Shown piece after piece: positions 1-12,075 of a stretch of DNA of 64,000 nt. Location: the NCBI GenBank assembly GCA_009695195.1, contig SIBJ01000006.1, forward strand, positions 9,587 through 73,586. The letters are read 5' to 3'. A model generated the notes under the pieces. The model worked only from the letters and a program-made list of their open reading frames with translations, searched no databases and was not told where the DNA came from. Every line of letters begins with the position of its first letter. Position 1 is the stretch's first letter. This DNA comes from Pedosphaera sp. GTDB lineage: Bacteria; Verrucomicrobiota; Verrucomicrobiia; Limisphaerales; JADLHS01. A program made the position numbers and the translations under genes.

Positions 1-453
1 GGCGGCCAGCGTGGCCAGATGTCCACCCGCCGACGCACCGGTGATGCCGAGGCGGTTGGGATTGATGTGGTAATCCACCGCGTGCTGTTTGACGTAACGG
101 ATGCCCAGCTTGACGTGTGTTTCCATTTCCGCGCCGGTGTAGCGCGTCTTTGAGCCGGGGCGAATGGCGAACACGGTGTAACCGTGCGAGCAAAAGATGC
201 GATAGAGTTGGGCGGTGGTGTGATCGCGAATCTTGTTGCGATCCGAATAATACGAACCGCTCACCACGTCCACGATCGCGAGGCCGTTGGGCTTTTCCTT
301 CGGCGTGAAAACATCCAGGAGCAGGCCGGTGCCGTGGACCTCCGCATAAACCAGATTCGTGATCTGGTTGTAGGCGGGCGATTGCGCGAAGGTCGCCGGC
401 GCCGCTGACGCGAGGAGAGTGGAGACGAGGAATGCGAACCTGATGATTTTCAT
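1..453 (-). CDS. secreted alpha/beta hydrolase (esterase/lipase, BD-FAE-like), 3' end runs off window
   Basis: Manual translation from ATG at 453: MKIIRFAFLVSTLLASAAPATFAQ signal peptide, then ...RLGITGASAGGHLATLAA with GxSxG nucleophile elbow; paralogous to the next gene. Confidence 0.85.
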   Translation of the reverse strand, partial: MKIIRFAFLVSTLLASAAPATFAQSPAYNQITNLVYAEVHGTGLLLDVFTPKEKPNGLAIVDVVSGSYYSDRNKIRDHTTAQLYRIFCSHGYTVFAIRPGSKTRYTGAEMETHVKLGIRYVKQHAVDYHINPNRLGITGASAGGHLATLAA

Positions 454-491
454 GTGTGTGGATTTTCCGGAATGGACGGCGCGTAATGGAT

Positions 492-1409
492 TTAATTCGC
501 CGGCTTCAACAGATATTTGTCGAACCAGTTGGCAAACTTTCGGATGTCCCAGATCATGCTCAACCAGCCGTGATTGCCTTTGTGATGGATGACGAGTTCA
601 ACTTTGTCGCCCAGTTTTTGCGCCTCGGCCTGGTAGCGCTGCGACTGATCCAACGGCACGAGCGTGTCGGCGTCGCCGTGATAGATGAGCGTGGGCGGGA
701 GATTCGAGCGCACGAAAAAGATCGGCGACAGGTCGTGGCCGATGACTTGCCACACGGCGAGATTGGTGGAGTTGGGGCCGAATCCTTTCACGAAACTTTT
801 CGGCGGGCCGCCGTCGTGCAGGTTCTCGGTGGAATTGCCGAGGTTCAGCAAATCCGTGACGGGATAAAAAATGGCGACCGCCTGGACTGCGCTGCTTTCA
901 CGATCAATGACATCGGCGGCATCCGTGGGCCCGGGTCCGCCGCGCGTGGCGAGCAGGAGGCTGAGGTGCCCGCCGGCGCTGCCGCCGGTGACGCCGAGCC
1001 GTTGCGGGTCCACGCCGTACTCGCGCGCGTGATGTCGGATGAAGCGCACCGCGCGATGCATGTCGTCGTTGACTTCCATGATGGTCGCCTCCGGTTGCGA
1101 GACGTGATACACGGCGAAGACCGTGTAACCGTGGCGCAGTAGCGGCGCGACCATCCACGGGCGCAACGAGCCGCGGCTTGATTTCCATCCGCCGCTGACG
1201 AGCAGCAGCACGCCGAGGCCGTTGGGCTTGGACGGTTTCACCACGTCAATGGTCAACTCGTGGCCTTTACGCTGGCCATAGACGATGTCGTTCGTGCGTT
1301 TGAAATCGGGGTGAAAATAGATCCAGACCGAGCCGACGACGAGGGCGATGAGGAGAACGAGTGCGCCAACAATCTTGAGCAGCGTCCAAAATACCCGGCG
1401 CAATTTCAT
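492..1409 (-). CDS. alpha/beta hydrolase (esterase/lipase) with N-terminal membrane anchor
   Basis: GGSAGGHLS nucleophile motif, HGDADTLVP acid loop, C-terminal HG; start chosen at MKLRRVFW. Confidence 0.85.
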   Translation of the reverse strand: MKLRRVFWTLLKIVGALVLLIALVVGSVWIYFHPDFKRTNDIVYGQRKGHELTIDVVKPSKPNGLGVLLLVSGGWKSSRGSLRPWMVAPLLRHGYTVFAVYHVSQPEATIMEVNDDMHRAVRFIRHHAREYGVDPQRLGVTGGSAGGHLSLLLATRGGPGPTDAADVIDRESSAVQAVAIFYPVTDLLNLGNSTENLHDGGPPKSFVKGFGPNSTNLAVWQVIGHDLSPIFFVRSNLPPTLIYHGDADTLVPLDQSQRYQAEAQKLGDKVELVIHHKGNHGWLSMIWDIRKFANWFDKYLLKPAN

Positions 1410-1478
1410 CGCGCGCATCATCCACGACCGCGCGGTCAGCGCAAGCCGCAAAACATTGGTAACTGTACGTTTTCACGG

Positions 1479-1540
1479 ACTGTAGGCGACGAGGTGACGA
1501 GTCGTTCCGGCGAAGCACTCCTTACGTCGTGCCCTACAGT
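1479..1540. repeat. GTAG-type REP-like palindrome, family A copy 1
   Basis: actGTAGgcgacgaggtgacgagt...actccttacgtcgtgccCTACagt; near-identical arms recur at 48290-48348. Confidence 0.8.
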
Positions 1541-1604
1541 CAAAACGTACCACCGCCAAAACATTTGCTCGTCACGCCGCCGCCGCTCGCCTAAAAAGAC
1601 GGCC

Positions 1605-2711
1605 ATGCGCGAACCGATGTCGAATCATGGCGAACTGAACCGGCGGAGTTTTCTGAAAACCGCGGGCGTCCTCACGACCGGACTGGCGTTCGCGCCGGCG
1701 GCGCTCGCTGAAACCAGCGCGGTGGCGGCGAAAAAGAAACTCAAACTCGGGATGGACAACTTCGCGGTGCGCGCGATGAATTGGAAAGCCCACGCGCTGC
1801 TCGATTACGCGGCGTCGCTCAAGCTCGATTCGCTCTTCATCACCGATCTCGATGCGTTTGAGAATCACGAGCCGGCGTACTTGCGCGAGGTCCGGGCGAA
1901 GGCCGTCGATCTGGGCATCGGCATTCACCTCGGCACGTGGAGCATTTGTCCGTCGGCGAAATGGTTCAAAAACAAATGGGGCCCGGCGGAGGAACATCTC
2001 GCGCTCGGCATCCGCGTGGCGAAGGAACTTGGCTCCCCGATCATCCGCGTGGTGCTCGGCGGTTATGACGACCGCAAATCCGCCGGCGGCATCGAGGCGC
2101 GCATCGCGGAGACGGCGAAGGTTTGTCAGTCGTGCCGCACGCGCGCGGTGGATGCGGGCGTGAAGATCGCCATCGAGAATCACGCGGGCGACATGCAGGC
2201 GTGGGAACTCGTGACGTTGATCGAAGCGGCGGGAAAAGATTACGTCGGCGCGAATGTGGACTCCGGCAACGCCTGCTGGACGCTCGAGGACCCGCTGGCG
2301 AGCTTCGAGACGCTCGTGCCGTATGCGATGTCAACGAGCCTGCGCGACGCGATGATCTGGGAATCCGAAAACGGCGCGAGTGTGCAGTGGACCGCGATGG
2401 GCGAGGGCTGCGTGGATTGGAAAATTTATTTCAGCAAGTTCGGGGAGTTGTGTCCGGAAGTGCCGGTTCACCTCGAAACGATCTCGGGCGGGCCGCGCGA
2501 GTTCGCGTATTTGAAACCGGATTTCTGGAAGGAATACCCGAAAGCCCGCGCGCACGAGTTCGCCCGGTTCGTGGCGCTGGCGAAGCGGGGTAAAGCTTTG
2601 CCACCTCACAAAGCTGGCGACGCAAAGGCCGAGCAGGAATTTCAGAAAGGCGAACTGGAGCGCAGCATCCGCTATTGCAAGGAGACACTGGGCCTTGGTT
2701 TGAAGGCCTAA
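1605..2711 (+). CDS. Tat-exported sugar phosphate isomerase/epimerase (xylose isomerase-like TIM barrel)
   Basis: [10 protein letters not shown] twin-arginine signal; AIENHAG, NVDSGN, GEGCVDW, HLETI metal-binding motifs; alternative start 1617. Confidence 0.85.
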   Translation: MREPMSNHGELNRRSFLKTAGVLTTGLAFAPAALAETSAVAAKKKLKLGMDNFAVRAMNWKAHALLDYAASLKLDSLFITDLDAFENHEPAYLREVRAKAVDLGIGIHLGTWSICPSAKWFKNKWGPAEEHLALGIRVAKELGSPIIRVVLGGYDDRKSAGGIEARIAETAKVCQSCRTRAVDAGVKIAIENHAGDMQAWELVTLIEAAGKDYVGANVDSGNACWTLEDPLASFETLVPYAMSTSLRDAMIWESENGASVQWTAMGEGCVDWKIYFSKFGELCPEVPVHLETISGGPREFAYLKPDFWKEYPKARAHEFARFVALAKRGKALPPHKAGDAKAEQEFQKGELERSIRYCKETLGLGLKA

Positions 2712-2885
2712 GTTCGAGATTGTCCATTGGACGAAATGACAAGACACGGTCGCAACGGGTAAAACATATTGCGCTCACGACCGGCTCGACTTGAGCCGCC
2801 GATACGCAATAGGATGTATCCGGCGCGGGTTTGGTTGGCCGCCCGCGCCGTTGGCTGGAATTGATTGGTTGAAGCTTTATCACAA

Positions 2886-4679
2886 ATGAAAGAACTGCCC
2901 GCACATTTGACCGGTGGAAATTTTCTGCTCACCGAAACCGATCCCGGCCTTGTGTTCACGCCCGAGGAACTTTCCGCCGAACAACGGCTCATGGCCGCGA
3001 CCGCCGAGAAGTTCATGGAGAAGGAAATCCTCGCCAACCTCGACGCCCTGGAACATCAGGCGGACGGCCTGATGCCAAAACTTTTTCGCAAAGCGGGTGA
3101 GCTGGGGCTGCTCGGCATGGGCGTGCCGGCGGAGTATGACGGCCTCGGGCTGGACCGGGCCACGACGGTGGGCGTGGAGGAACAACTGACGCGGCTCGGC
3201 GGCTTCGGCGTGACCTGCGGCGCGCATTGCGGCATCGGCACGCAGCCGTTGCAGTATTTCGGCACGGAGGCGCAGAAGAAAAAATATCTCGGCAAGCTCG
3301 CGACGGGCGAATGGATCGGCGCCTACGCGCTCAGCGAAGCGGGCTCCGGCTCCGATGCGCTCGGCCTGCGCACGAAGGCGACGCTTTCGCCCGACGGCAA
3401 ACATTATCTCCTCAACGGCACCAAGATGTGGATCTCCAACGCCGCCTGGGCCGACCTGTTCACGATCTTCGCCAAGGTGGACGGCCAGCAGGTCACGGCG
3501 TTCCTGGTGGAGAAAACTTTTCCCGGCGTCTCGACCGGCAAAGAGGAACACAAGCTCGGCATCAAGTCCTCTTCGACGCGCCGCGTGATCCTTGAAGACG
3601 CCCAAGTGCCGGTGGAAAATCTTTTGGGCGAGGTCGGCAAGGGCGCTTACATCGCGTTCAACATCCTGAACCTCGGCAGATACAAACTCGGCGCGGGCGC
3701 CATCGGCGCGGCGAAGGAATCGCTCAAGGTTGCGACGCGCTACGCGCAGGAGCGCCAGCAATTCGGCCGGCCCATCGCGTCGTTCGGTTTGATCCAGCAA
3801 AAGCTCGCGCAGATGGCGATCAACATTTTCGCCGCCGAGAGCGCGATCTATCGCACCGCGGCCAACATGGACGCCGTGGCCGCGACCGGCGAGATGATGG
3901 ACTCGACGAATCCGCCGTTCCCGCGCGCGCTCGATGAGTTCGCGCTCGAATGTTCCGTCCTCAAGGTCGCGTGCAGCGAAATTCTGGACGACGTGGCCGA
4001 CGAAACATTGCAAATCCACGGCGGCTACGGTTACACGGAGGAGTTTTCCGCCGCGCGCACCTGTCGCGATTCGCGCATCAACCGCATCTTCGAAGGCACG
4101 AACGAAATCAACCGCCTCTTCATCCCCGGCCTGCTGATGCGCCGCGCGCAACGCGGTCGCTTCCCGCTCGTCGCGGCGATCACGAAGGTGACGAAGGAAC
4201 TGCTTGATCCCGCGCCGCTGGAAGACAGTTCCGGCGGCGATGAACTGGCCCCGGCGCAGGCGTTGCTCGTCAACGCCAAGAAGCTCGCGCTGTTCGTGAG
4301 CGGCGTGGCGTTTCAGAAGTTCGGCGAGAAGCTGGCGGACGAGCAGGAAGTCGTTGGTCATCTCAGCGACATCATCATTGATATTTACCTCGGTGAGAGC
4401 GCGGTGTTGCGCGCGCGCAAAGGCCGCAAGTCCGCCGGGAGCGCGGCGGCGTTGAGCGACCTGGCTTTGGGATTCGTCAACGACGCGGTGGGCCGGATGG
4501 AACTTCACGCCCGGCACGCGCTGGCCGCAGTTTCGCAAGGGGACGAGCTACGCGCGCAACTCGGCATCGTCCGGCGGCTGATGCGCTGGACCCCGCTCAA
4601 CGGCGTCGCGTTGCAACGGCGTCTCGCGAAACGGTTGTGCGAAGTCGGAAGCTATCCCGCGCTGGTGGCGTCGAAGTGA
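2886..4679 (+). CDS. fadE: acyl-CoA dehydrogenase (long FadE/ACAD9-like)
   Basis: YALSEAGSGSDA, LNGTKMWISNA, QIHGGYGY, RINRIFEGTNEINR. Confidence 0.95.
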   Translation: MKELPAHLTGGNFLLTETDPGLVFTPEELSAEQRLMAATAEKFMEKEILANLDALEHQADGLMPKLFRKAGELGLLGMGVPAEYDGLGLDRATTVGVEEQLTRLGGFGVTCGAHCGIGTQPLQYFGTEAQKKKYLGKLATGEWIGAYALSEAGSGSDALGLRTKATLSPDGKHYLLNGTKMWISNAAWADLFTIFAKVDGQQVTAFLVEKTFPGVSTGKEEHKLGIKSSSTRRVILEDAQVPVENLLGEVGKGAYIAFNILNLGRYKLGAGAIGAAKESLKVATRYAQERQQFGRPIASFGLIQQKLAQMAINIFAAESAIYRTAANMDAVAATGEMMDSTNPPFPRALDEFALECSVLKVACSEILDDVADETLQIHGGYGYTEEFSAARTCRDSRINRIFEGTNEINRLFIPGLLMRRAQRGRFPLVAAITKVTKELLDPAPLEDSSGGDELAPAQALLVNAKKLALFVSGVAFQKFGEKLADEQEVVGHLSDIIIDIYLGESAVLRARKGRKSAGSAAALSDLALGFVNDAVGRMELHARHALAAVSQGDELRAQLGIVRRLMRWTPLNGVALQRRLAKRLCEVGSYPALVASK

Positions 4680-4701
4680 AGCCCACGGGTCGCGCAATGT
4701 T

Positions 4702-6306
4702 ATGAGGTACCCCAAATTCACCTTGCCCGATCTTTTGGCGGCGACGGCGGTGAAGTCGTCGCGCAAAACGGCGCTGGTTTATTTCGGAACGGAGATTTCC
4801 TACGCGCAGCTCGAGGATCACGTGAACCGCTTCGCCGCCGGCTTGCAGGCGCTCGGCCTGAAGCGAGGCGACCGCGTGGCGTTGATGATGGCGAACTGTC
4901 CGCAGTTCGTGATCGCGTATTTCGGCGTGCTGCGCGCCGGTGGCATCGTCACCGCGACCAGTTCGATGTACACCGCGCGCGAGGCGGCGCATCAATGGAA
5001 CGACGCCGGCGCGGTGATGGTGGTGGCGGATCGCAAGTTGCAGCCGGTCCTCGAAGCCGCGCGACCGCAATTGACCACGGTGCGGCGGATTGTGTTGACG
5101 GGTATGCGGGAATATTTCCCGCGCCACTTCCGCCAGCTTTGCGGTGCGTTGAAAAAAACTTCCTCCGTCCGCGTCTCCGCCGAGGCGAAACAACCGATGG
5201 ACTGGCTGGACTTGTTGCGGCTCGCGCGCAAGCCGCGCCCGCACGGCCTGAAACAATCGGACATCGCGTGCCTTCAATATACCGGTGGCACGACGGGCAC
5301 CAGCAAGGGCGCGATGTTGACCCACGCCAACCTCGTCATCAACGCCTGCCAGGCCAATGCCTGGCTCATGGCCGGCCTGTCCGTGGATCACGTCACCACC
5401 GTCGCCGCGCTGCCGATGTTTCACATTTACGCGATGACGTGCGTGATGATCGCCACCATCGAACTCGGCGGGCGCATCATCATCCTGCCGCGCTTCGAGT
5501 TGAAGGCGGCGCTGAATCTCATCCGCAAGTATCGCCCGACGATTTATCACGGTGTGCCGACGATGTATGTGGCCTTCAACAACGCGCCCAACGTGAAGCG
5601 GTATGGTTTCCATTCGTTGCGCGTGTGCATGAGCGGCGGCGCGCCGTTGCCCGTCGAGGTGAGGCAAAAATTTGAAGCGTTGACCGGCGGCAAACTCGTC
5701 GAAGGTTACGGCCTTACGGAAACTTCGCCCGTCACGCACGTGAACCCACCGGCCGGACTGTGCAAAACCGGCAGCATGGGCCTGACGATCGCCGACACCG
5801 AAGCGCGCATGATGGACCTCGAGAACGGCACGCGCGAAATGCCGCTCGGCGAAGTCGGCGAGATCGTCATCCGCGGTCCGCAGGTGATGAAGGGTTATTG
5901 GAACAAGCCCGAGGAAACCGCGCTCGTGTTGCGCGACGGCTGGCTTTACACTGGTGACATCGCGAAGAAAGATGCCGACGGTTATTATTACATTGTTGAT
6001 CGCAAGAAGGACATGATCATCGCCGGCGGCTACAATATTTATCCGCGTGAAGTCGAAGAAGTTTTGTTCGAGTGTCCGAAGGTGAAGGAAGCCGGCGTGG
6101 TCGGCGTGCCGGACGAATACCGCGGCGAAACGGTGAAGGCGTTCGTCGTGTTGAAGGCGGGCGTGAAGGCCACGGTCGAGGAGATCGTCGCGTTTTGCCG
6201 CGAACGACTCGCCGCCTACAAAGTGCCGCGGCAGGTGGTGTTCATTGATGCCTTGCCGAGATCGGGTGTGGGGAAATACCTTCGTCGCGAGTTGCGGAAT
6301 CTTTGA
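4702..6306 (+). CDS. fadD: long-chain fatty acid--CoA ligase
   Basis: QYTGGTTGTSKGA AMP-binding motif, EGYGLTETSP, GWLYTGD, IVDRKKDMI. Confidence 0.95.
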   Translation: MRYPKFTLPDLLAATAVKSSRKTALVYFGTEISYAQLEDHVNRFAAGLQALGLKRGDRVALMMANCPQFVIAYFGVLRAGGIVTATSSMYTAREAAHQWNDAGAVMVVADRKLQPVLEAARPQLTTVRRIVLTGMREYFPRHFRQLCGALKKTSSVRVSAEAKQPMDWLDLLRLARKPRPHGLKQSDIACLQYTGGTTGTSKGAMLTHANLVINACQANAWLMAGLSVDHVTTVAALPMFHIYAMTCVMIATIELGGRIIILPRFELKAALNLIRKYRPTIYHGVPTMYVAFNNAPNVKRYGFHSLRVCMSGGAPLPVEVRQKFEALTGGKLVEGYGLTETSPVTHVNPPAGLCKTGSMGLTIADTEARMMDLENGTREMPLGEVGEIVIRGPQVMKGYWNKPEETALVLRDGWLYTGDIAKKDADGYYYIVDRKKDMIIAGGYNIYPREVEEVLFECPKVKEAGVVGVPDEYRGETVKAFVVLKAGVKATVEEIVAFCRERLAAYKVPRQVVFIDALPRSGVGKYLRRELRNL

Positions 6307-6337
6307 AGTCGATCGTCGAGAACTCTGGAAAATTTTT

Positions 6338-8746
6338 ATGCTGACCATTCGCAAAGCCGCCATCATCGGCGCGGGCAACATGGGCGCGCAAATCGCCGCG
6401 CACCTCGCCAACGTCGGAATCCCATCGCTGTTGATGGATATCGTGCCGACCGAACTGCTGCCCGAGGAAGGGAAGCGCGGGCTGACGTTGCAGTCGCCCG
6501 CCGTGCGGAATCGCATCACGCAGACGTTGTTCGACAAGGCGAAGAAACTAAAACCTTCGCCGCTCTTCACGCCGGAAGTCTCGAGCCTGGTTCGCATCGG
6601 CAACGTCGAGGACAACCTTGCCGAGATCAAAGACGCCGACTGGGTCATCGAGGCGATTCTCGAGCGCATGGATTTGAAGCTCGCGATTCATGCGAAGATC
6701 GCGGCGAACGCCCGGCCCGATGCGCTGGTGACGACGAACACTTCCGGGCTTTCCATCGCCGGCATGACGAAGGGATTGCCCATCGAATATCGCCGCCGGT
6801 TTTTCGGCACGCACTTTTTCAATCCGCCGCGGTACATGCGACTGCTTGAACTCATTCCGACGCCGGACACGGATCGCGCGTTGCTCAAGTCGTTCGGCGA
6901 ATTCGGCGAGGCGGTACTGGGCAAAGGCATCGTGCTAGCGAAGGACACGCCAGGTTTTGTGGCGAATCGCATCGGCTGTTTCGACATGCAGCAGGTGGCG
7001 TTGCTCATGATCGAACAAGGCTTAACGATTGATGAAGTGGACGCGATCACCGGCCCGGCGATTGGCCGTCCGAAGAGCGCGACGTTCCGGCTCGGCGATA
7101 TTGTCGGCGTGGATTTGATGGCGCAGATGGGGCGCAATCTTCGCGGGTTGCTCCATAGCGATCCGCAGATTGGCACCTTTCAACCGATTGATTTCATCGA
7201 GGACATGGTGAAGCGCGGCTGGTGGGGCGAGAAGAAGAGCCAGGGATTTTATCAGCGCGTGAAGACGGACAAAGGGCGCGCGATCCTCACGCTCGATTAC
7301 AAGACGATGGAATATCGTCCGCAGCAGAAGCCGCAGTTCGCTTCGCTGGAAGCGGCGAGCAAAATTTCCGACCGTGGTGAACGCATCCGCACACTCTGCG
7401 CTGCCACGGAAAAGGCCGGGGTGTTCGCGTGGAAACATCTCAGCGCGATGCTGTGCTACGCGGCGGATCGGCTCACGGAAATTGCGGATGACATCGTCAC
7501 GGTGGATAACGCGATGAAGTGGGGCTACAACTGGGAGCTCGGCCCGTTTGAAACCTGGGACGCGCTCGGCGTGCGCGAAACCGCGGATCGCTTGAAGGCG
7601 GAAGGCCGCGAAGTGCCCGCGCTCGTGCGCGATCTCCTCGCGGCGGGCAAGAACTCATTCTACGAACAGCGCGATGCGCGCCGTTCGTTCTTCGACGTGA
7701 CAAAGCGCGGTTACGTCGGCGAAGTTGAATCGCCCAAGGCCATTCACCTGCCGTGGTTGCACCGCGCGAACAAAGTCGTGCGCAGCAATCCGGGCGCGAG
7801 CCTCGTGGATTTGGGCGATGGCGTCGCGTGTCTCGAATTCCATGTGAAGATGAACGTCATCGGCGGCGATCAGATGGGCATGTTGCGGGAATCGTTGGAA
7901 GAGGTTCGCAAAAATTTCGCCGGCCTGGTCATCGGCAATCAGGGCCAGCATTTTTCCGCCGGCGCGAATCTCCTGCTGTTGACGACGCAGATTCAGAATC
8001 AGGATTGGGACGAGGTTGACCTGATGATCCGCCAGTTTCAGAAAGCCACGAGCACGCTGCGCCAGTTCGAGAAGCCCGTGGTGGCCGCGTGCCACGGCTA
8101 CACGCTCGGCGGCGGGACGGAACTCTCGATGGGCTGCGACCACATCGTCATCGCGGCGGAAACTTACATGGGCCTGCCCGAAGTCGGCGTGGGCCTGATC
8201 CCCGGCGCGCAGGGCACGAAGGAAATGTTGATCCGTTGCACGGAGAACATCATCCGCAACGACGAGGTGGATTATTTCCCCGGCATCCGGCACGCGTGGG
8301 AAACCATCGGCCTCGCGAAAGTTTCCACCAGCGCGAGCGAGGCGTTGAAACTCCGCTATCTCCGCCCGAGCGAGACCACGATCGTGTTGAACAAAGACTG
8401 GCTCATCGGCGAAGCGAAGGCGCAGGTGCAGCACATGGTCGCGCAAGGCTATTTGCCGCGACCGCAACGCACCGATATTCCAGCCATCGGCGAAAGCGGC
8501 ATCACGCTTTGTAAACTGCAACTCCAGCAGATGCGCGGGTCCGGTTTGATCAGCGAGCACGATCAAAAGATCGCCACGAAGCTCGCCTACATTTTGTGCG
8601 GCGGCGATCTGACTTCGCTCCACTATGTTTCCGAGCAATACATCCTCGACCTTGAGCGTGAAGTTTTCCTGAGCCTCTGCGGCGAACCCAAGACGCTAGA
8701 ACGCATCAAGCACACGCTCAAGACCGGAAAGCCGCTGAGGAATTGA
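6338..8746 (+). CDS. fadN: 3-hydroxyacyl-CoA dehydrogenase / enoyl-CoA hydratase fusion (FadN type, dehydrogenase N-terminal)
   Basis: IIGAGNMGAQIA Rossmann motif, TNTSGL, GTHFFNPP, PGFVANRIG, C-terminal crotonase (FSAGANL, GGGTE, PEVGVGLIP), TGKPLRN end. Confidence 0.93.
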   Translation: MLTIRKAAIIGAGNMGAQIAAHLANVGIPSLLMDIVPTELLPEEGKRGLTLQSPAVRNRITQTLFDKAKKLKPSPLFTPEVSSLVRIGNVEDNLAEIKDADWVIEAILERMDLKLAIHAKIAANARPDALVTTNTSGLSIAGMTKGLPIEYRRRFFGTHFFNPPRYMRLLELIPTPDTDRALLKSFGEFGEAVLGKGIVLAKDTPGFVANRIGCFDMQQVALLMIEQGLTIDEVDAITGPAIGRPKSATFRLGDIVGVDLMAQMGRNLRGLLHSDPQIGTFQPIDFIEDMVKRGWWGEKKSQGFYQRVKTDKGRAILTLDYKTMEYRPQQKPQFASLEAASKISDRGERIRTLCAATEKAGVFAWKHLSAMLCYAADRLTEIADDIVTVDNAMKWGYNWELGPFETWDALGVRETADRLKAEGREVPALVRDLLAAGKNSFYEQRDARRSFFDVTKRGYVGEVESPKAIHLPWLHRANKVVRSNPGASLVDLGDGVACLEFHVKMNVIGGDQMGMLRESLEEVRKNFAGLVIGNQGQHFSAGANLLLLTTQIQNQDWDEVDLMIRQFQKATSTLRQFEKPVVAACHGYTLGGGTELSMGCDHIVIAAETYMGLPEVGVGLIPGAQGTKEMLIRCTENIIRNDEVDYFPGIRHAWETIGLAKVSTSASEALKLRYLRPSETTIVLNKDWLIGEAKAQVQHMVAQGYLPRPQRTDIPAIGESGITLCKLQLQQMRGSGLISEHDQKIATKLAYILCGGDLTSLHYVSEQYILDLEREVFLSLCGEPKTLERIKHTLKTGKPLRN

Positions 8747-8769
8747 GAGCGAGTATGGCGACAAGAATT

Positions 8770-8916
8770 CCCCTCACCCCGGCCCTCTCCCCTTCCGAAG
8801 GGGAGAGGGAGAATCGTCGGCAGTCGGTCGGCGAAACGGGTGTGGCTGGAAATGTCGTGAGCCGCACTTTGCTGTTCCCTCTCCACCGCCGAGGGGGAGA
8901 GGGTCAGGGTGAGGGG
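8770..8916. repeat. CCCTCACCCC-type paired palindromic element (REPIN/MITE-like), family B copy 1
   Basis: ccctcaccccggccctctcccc...ggggagaggg, spacer, then ccctctcc...ggagagggtcagggtgagggg; same termini at 10886-11046. Confidence 0.85.
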
Positions 8917-8947
8917 GCAATTCGCATGGTTACTACCAACTAAAATT

Positions 8948-10125
<1,178 letters not shown>

Positions 10126-10129
<4 letters not shown>

Positions 10130-10881
10130 AGATTCTTGTCCCACTCAAACGAGTTCCCGATCCCGACACCAAAATTCGCATCCAGTCCGATGGCTCGGGA
10201 ATTGATCTCGACGGCGTGAAGTTCGCCGTGAATCCCTTCGACGCCATCGCGCTCGAAGAGGCGTTGCGCATCGAGGAGAAGCTCGGCGAAATCGAGATCG
10301 TCGTCGTCAGCATCGGCGGCGACGAGTGCGTGGAGCAATTGCGCGTCGGCCTTGCAATGGGCGCGGATCGCGCGGTGCTGGTCAAGACTTCCGAAAGCTC
10401 GGACTCACTGGCCATCGCGAAGATTCTCGCCGCAGTTTATCAGCGCGAGCAGCCGGATTTTGTTCTGATGGGCAAGCAGGCGATTGACGACGACTCGAAT
10501 CAAGCCGGCCAGATGTTGGCCGCGCTGCTGGGCGTCGGTCAGGCTACCTTTGTTTCAAAGCTGGAGTTGATCGAGAACAACACCAAGGCCCGCTGCGGAC
10601 GCGAAACGGATGCGGGCATCGAAACTGTGACGGTGAAGTTGCCCGCCATCCTCACGACTGATCTTCGTTTGAATGAGCCGCGCTACGTTTCGTTGCCGGG
10701 CATCATGAAGGCAAAGAAAAAGCCGCTCGAAGAAATCGAGTTGGCGTCGCTTGGCGTCGCGGCGGTTTCGCGGACGAAAGTTTTGAAACTTGAAGCGCCG
10801 CCCAAAAGGAAAGCGGGCGTGCGGGTGAAAACGGTGGATGAGTTGGTGGACAAATTGAAACACGACGCGAAGGTGATTTGA
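10126..10881 (+). CDS. etfB: electron transfer flavoprotein beta subunit
   Basis: MKILVPLKRVPD, NPFDAIALEEA, GKQAIDDDSNQ, LNEPRYVSLPGIMKAKKK; ATG overlaps thiolase stop (ATGA). Confidence 0.95.
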
Positions 10882-10885
10882 GGGA

Positions 10886-11046
10886 GCCCTCACCCCGGCC
10901 CTCTCCCATCCGATGGGAGAGGGAGAATTGTCCACCGTTGATTGGAGTGTTGTGCGGTGGCGATGGTCCGGAGGGCTTCGGAAAATGGAAGCCAGACGAA
11001 TGCTGTTCCCTCTCCCGTCGGACGGGAGAGGGTCAGGGTGAGGGCC
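10886..11046. repeat. CCCTCACCCC-type paired palindromic element, family B copy 2
   Basis: gccctcaccccggccctctcccatccgatgggagaggg...tgctgttccctctcccgtcggacgggagagggtcagggtgagggc between etfB and etfA. Confidence 0.85.
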
Positions 11047-11079
11047 TTATTTGATTGAGATCGAGAACTCAGTAACATC

Positions 11080-12051
11080 ATGGCAAACATACTGGTCATC
11101 GCGGAACACGACGGCGGACAACTCAAGCTGGCGACGCTCTCGGCCGTTGCCTTCTCGAAGAGAGTGGTCGTGGATGCGGGCGGCGCGTTTGACATTCTCG
11201 TCCTCGGCGAAAATGTCGGCGGCACCGCGGAGTCGCTCCGAAATTATGGCGCAGCCGGCGTACTCGTCGCGGATAATGCGCAACTCAAATCACCCGTCGC
11301 AGACAAATACGCGCATGTCATCGGCGGCGTGGCGAAACAGCGCGGTTCGACGATGGTGGTTGGCGCCGCCTCCACTTTTTCAAAAGACATTCTGCCGCGC
11401 GCCGCCGCGTTGATGGACGCCGGCATGGTGAGCGATGTCGTGGACGTGAGCCGCGACGGTGACGATTTCATTTTCAAGCGCGTGCTGTTCGCCGGCAACG
11501 CCATTGCCACGGTGAAGTTGGAGGGCGCGGTGAAGTTTCTGACCGTGCGCGCCGCGGCGTTTGCTCATCCGGCCAAGGGGCCGGACGCTTCGCCGGTGGT
11601 CAGCATCACCGTGGAGGCGGACAAATTGCCCGCCTTCATCCAATACGACGGCAGTGAAGCGAAGGTCGCCGGGCGGCCTGATTCCACCGAGGCGCGCGTG
11701 GTGGTTTCCGGCGGACGCGCGATCAAGAACGCGGAGGATTTCGAGCGCCTGGTCGGTGGCTTGGCGGACGCGCTCGGCGCCGCCGTGGGTTCCTCGCGCG
11801 CGCTCGTGGACAGCGGCATCACGCCGAACTCGCTGCAGGTCGGGCAGACGGGAAAGATCGTCGCGCCGGAACTTTACATCGCCGTCGGTATCTCGGGCGC
11901 GATTCAGCATCTCGCCGGCATGAAGGACACCAAGGTCATCGTTGCCATCAACAAGGACGCCGACGCGCCGATTTTTGAAGTCGCGGATTTCGGCCTGGTC
12001 GGGGATGTTTACTCGGTCGTTCCCGAGTTGATCGAGAAACTGAAGAAGTAG
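11080..12051 (+). CDS. etfA: electron transfer flavoprotein alpha subunit
   Basis: VVVSGGRA, GSSRALVD, QVGQTGK, YIAVGISGAIQHLAGM, INKDADAPIF. Confidence 0.95.
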   Translation: MANILVIAEHDGGQLKLATLSAVAFSKRVVVDAGGAFDILVLGENVGGTAESLRNYGAAGVLVADNAQLKSPVADKYAHVIGGVAKQRGSTMVVGAASTFSKDILPRAAALMDAGMVSDVVDVSRDGDDFIFKRVLFAGNAIATVKLEGAVKFLTVRAAAFAHPAKGPDASPVVSITVEADKLPAFIQYDGSEAKVAGRPDSTEARVVVSGGRAIKNAEDFERLVGGLADALGAAVGSSRALVDSGITPNSLQVGQTGKIVAPELYIAVGISGAIQHLAGMKDTKVIVAINKDADAPIFEVADFGLVGDVYSVVPELIEKLKK

Positions 12052-12075
12052 TTGCCAGCGCGACGCGGGCGACCA

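Noticed and set aside
2880..6669. Long antisense ORFs (552 aa, 690 aa) opposite fadE/fadD
   Set aside because: Shadow frames of high-GC genes; no motifs, and the sense genes are unambiguous
8743..8943. Short ORFs over REP elements (also 10890-11225, 47233-47449, 48198-48808, 29826-30032)
   Set aside because: Translations of palindromic repeats in intergenic space
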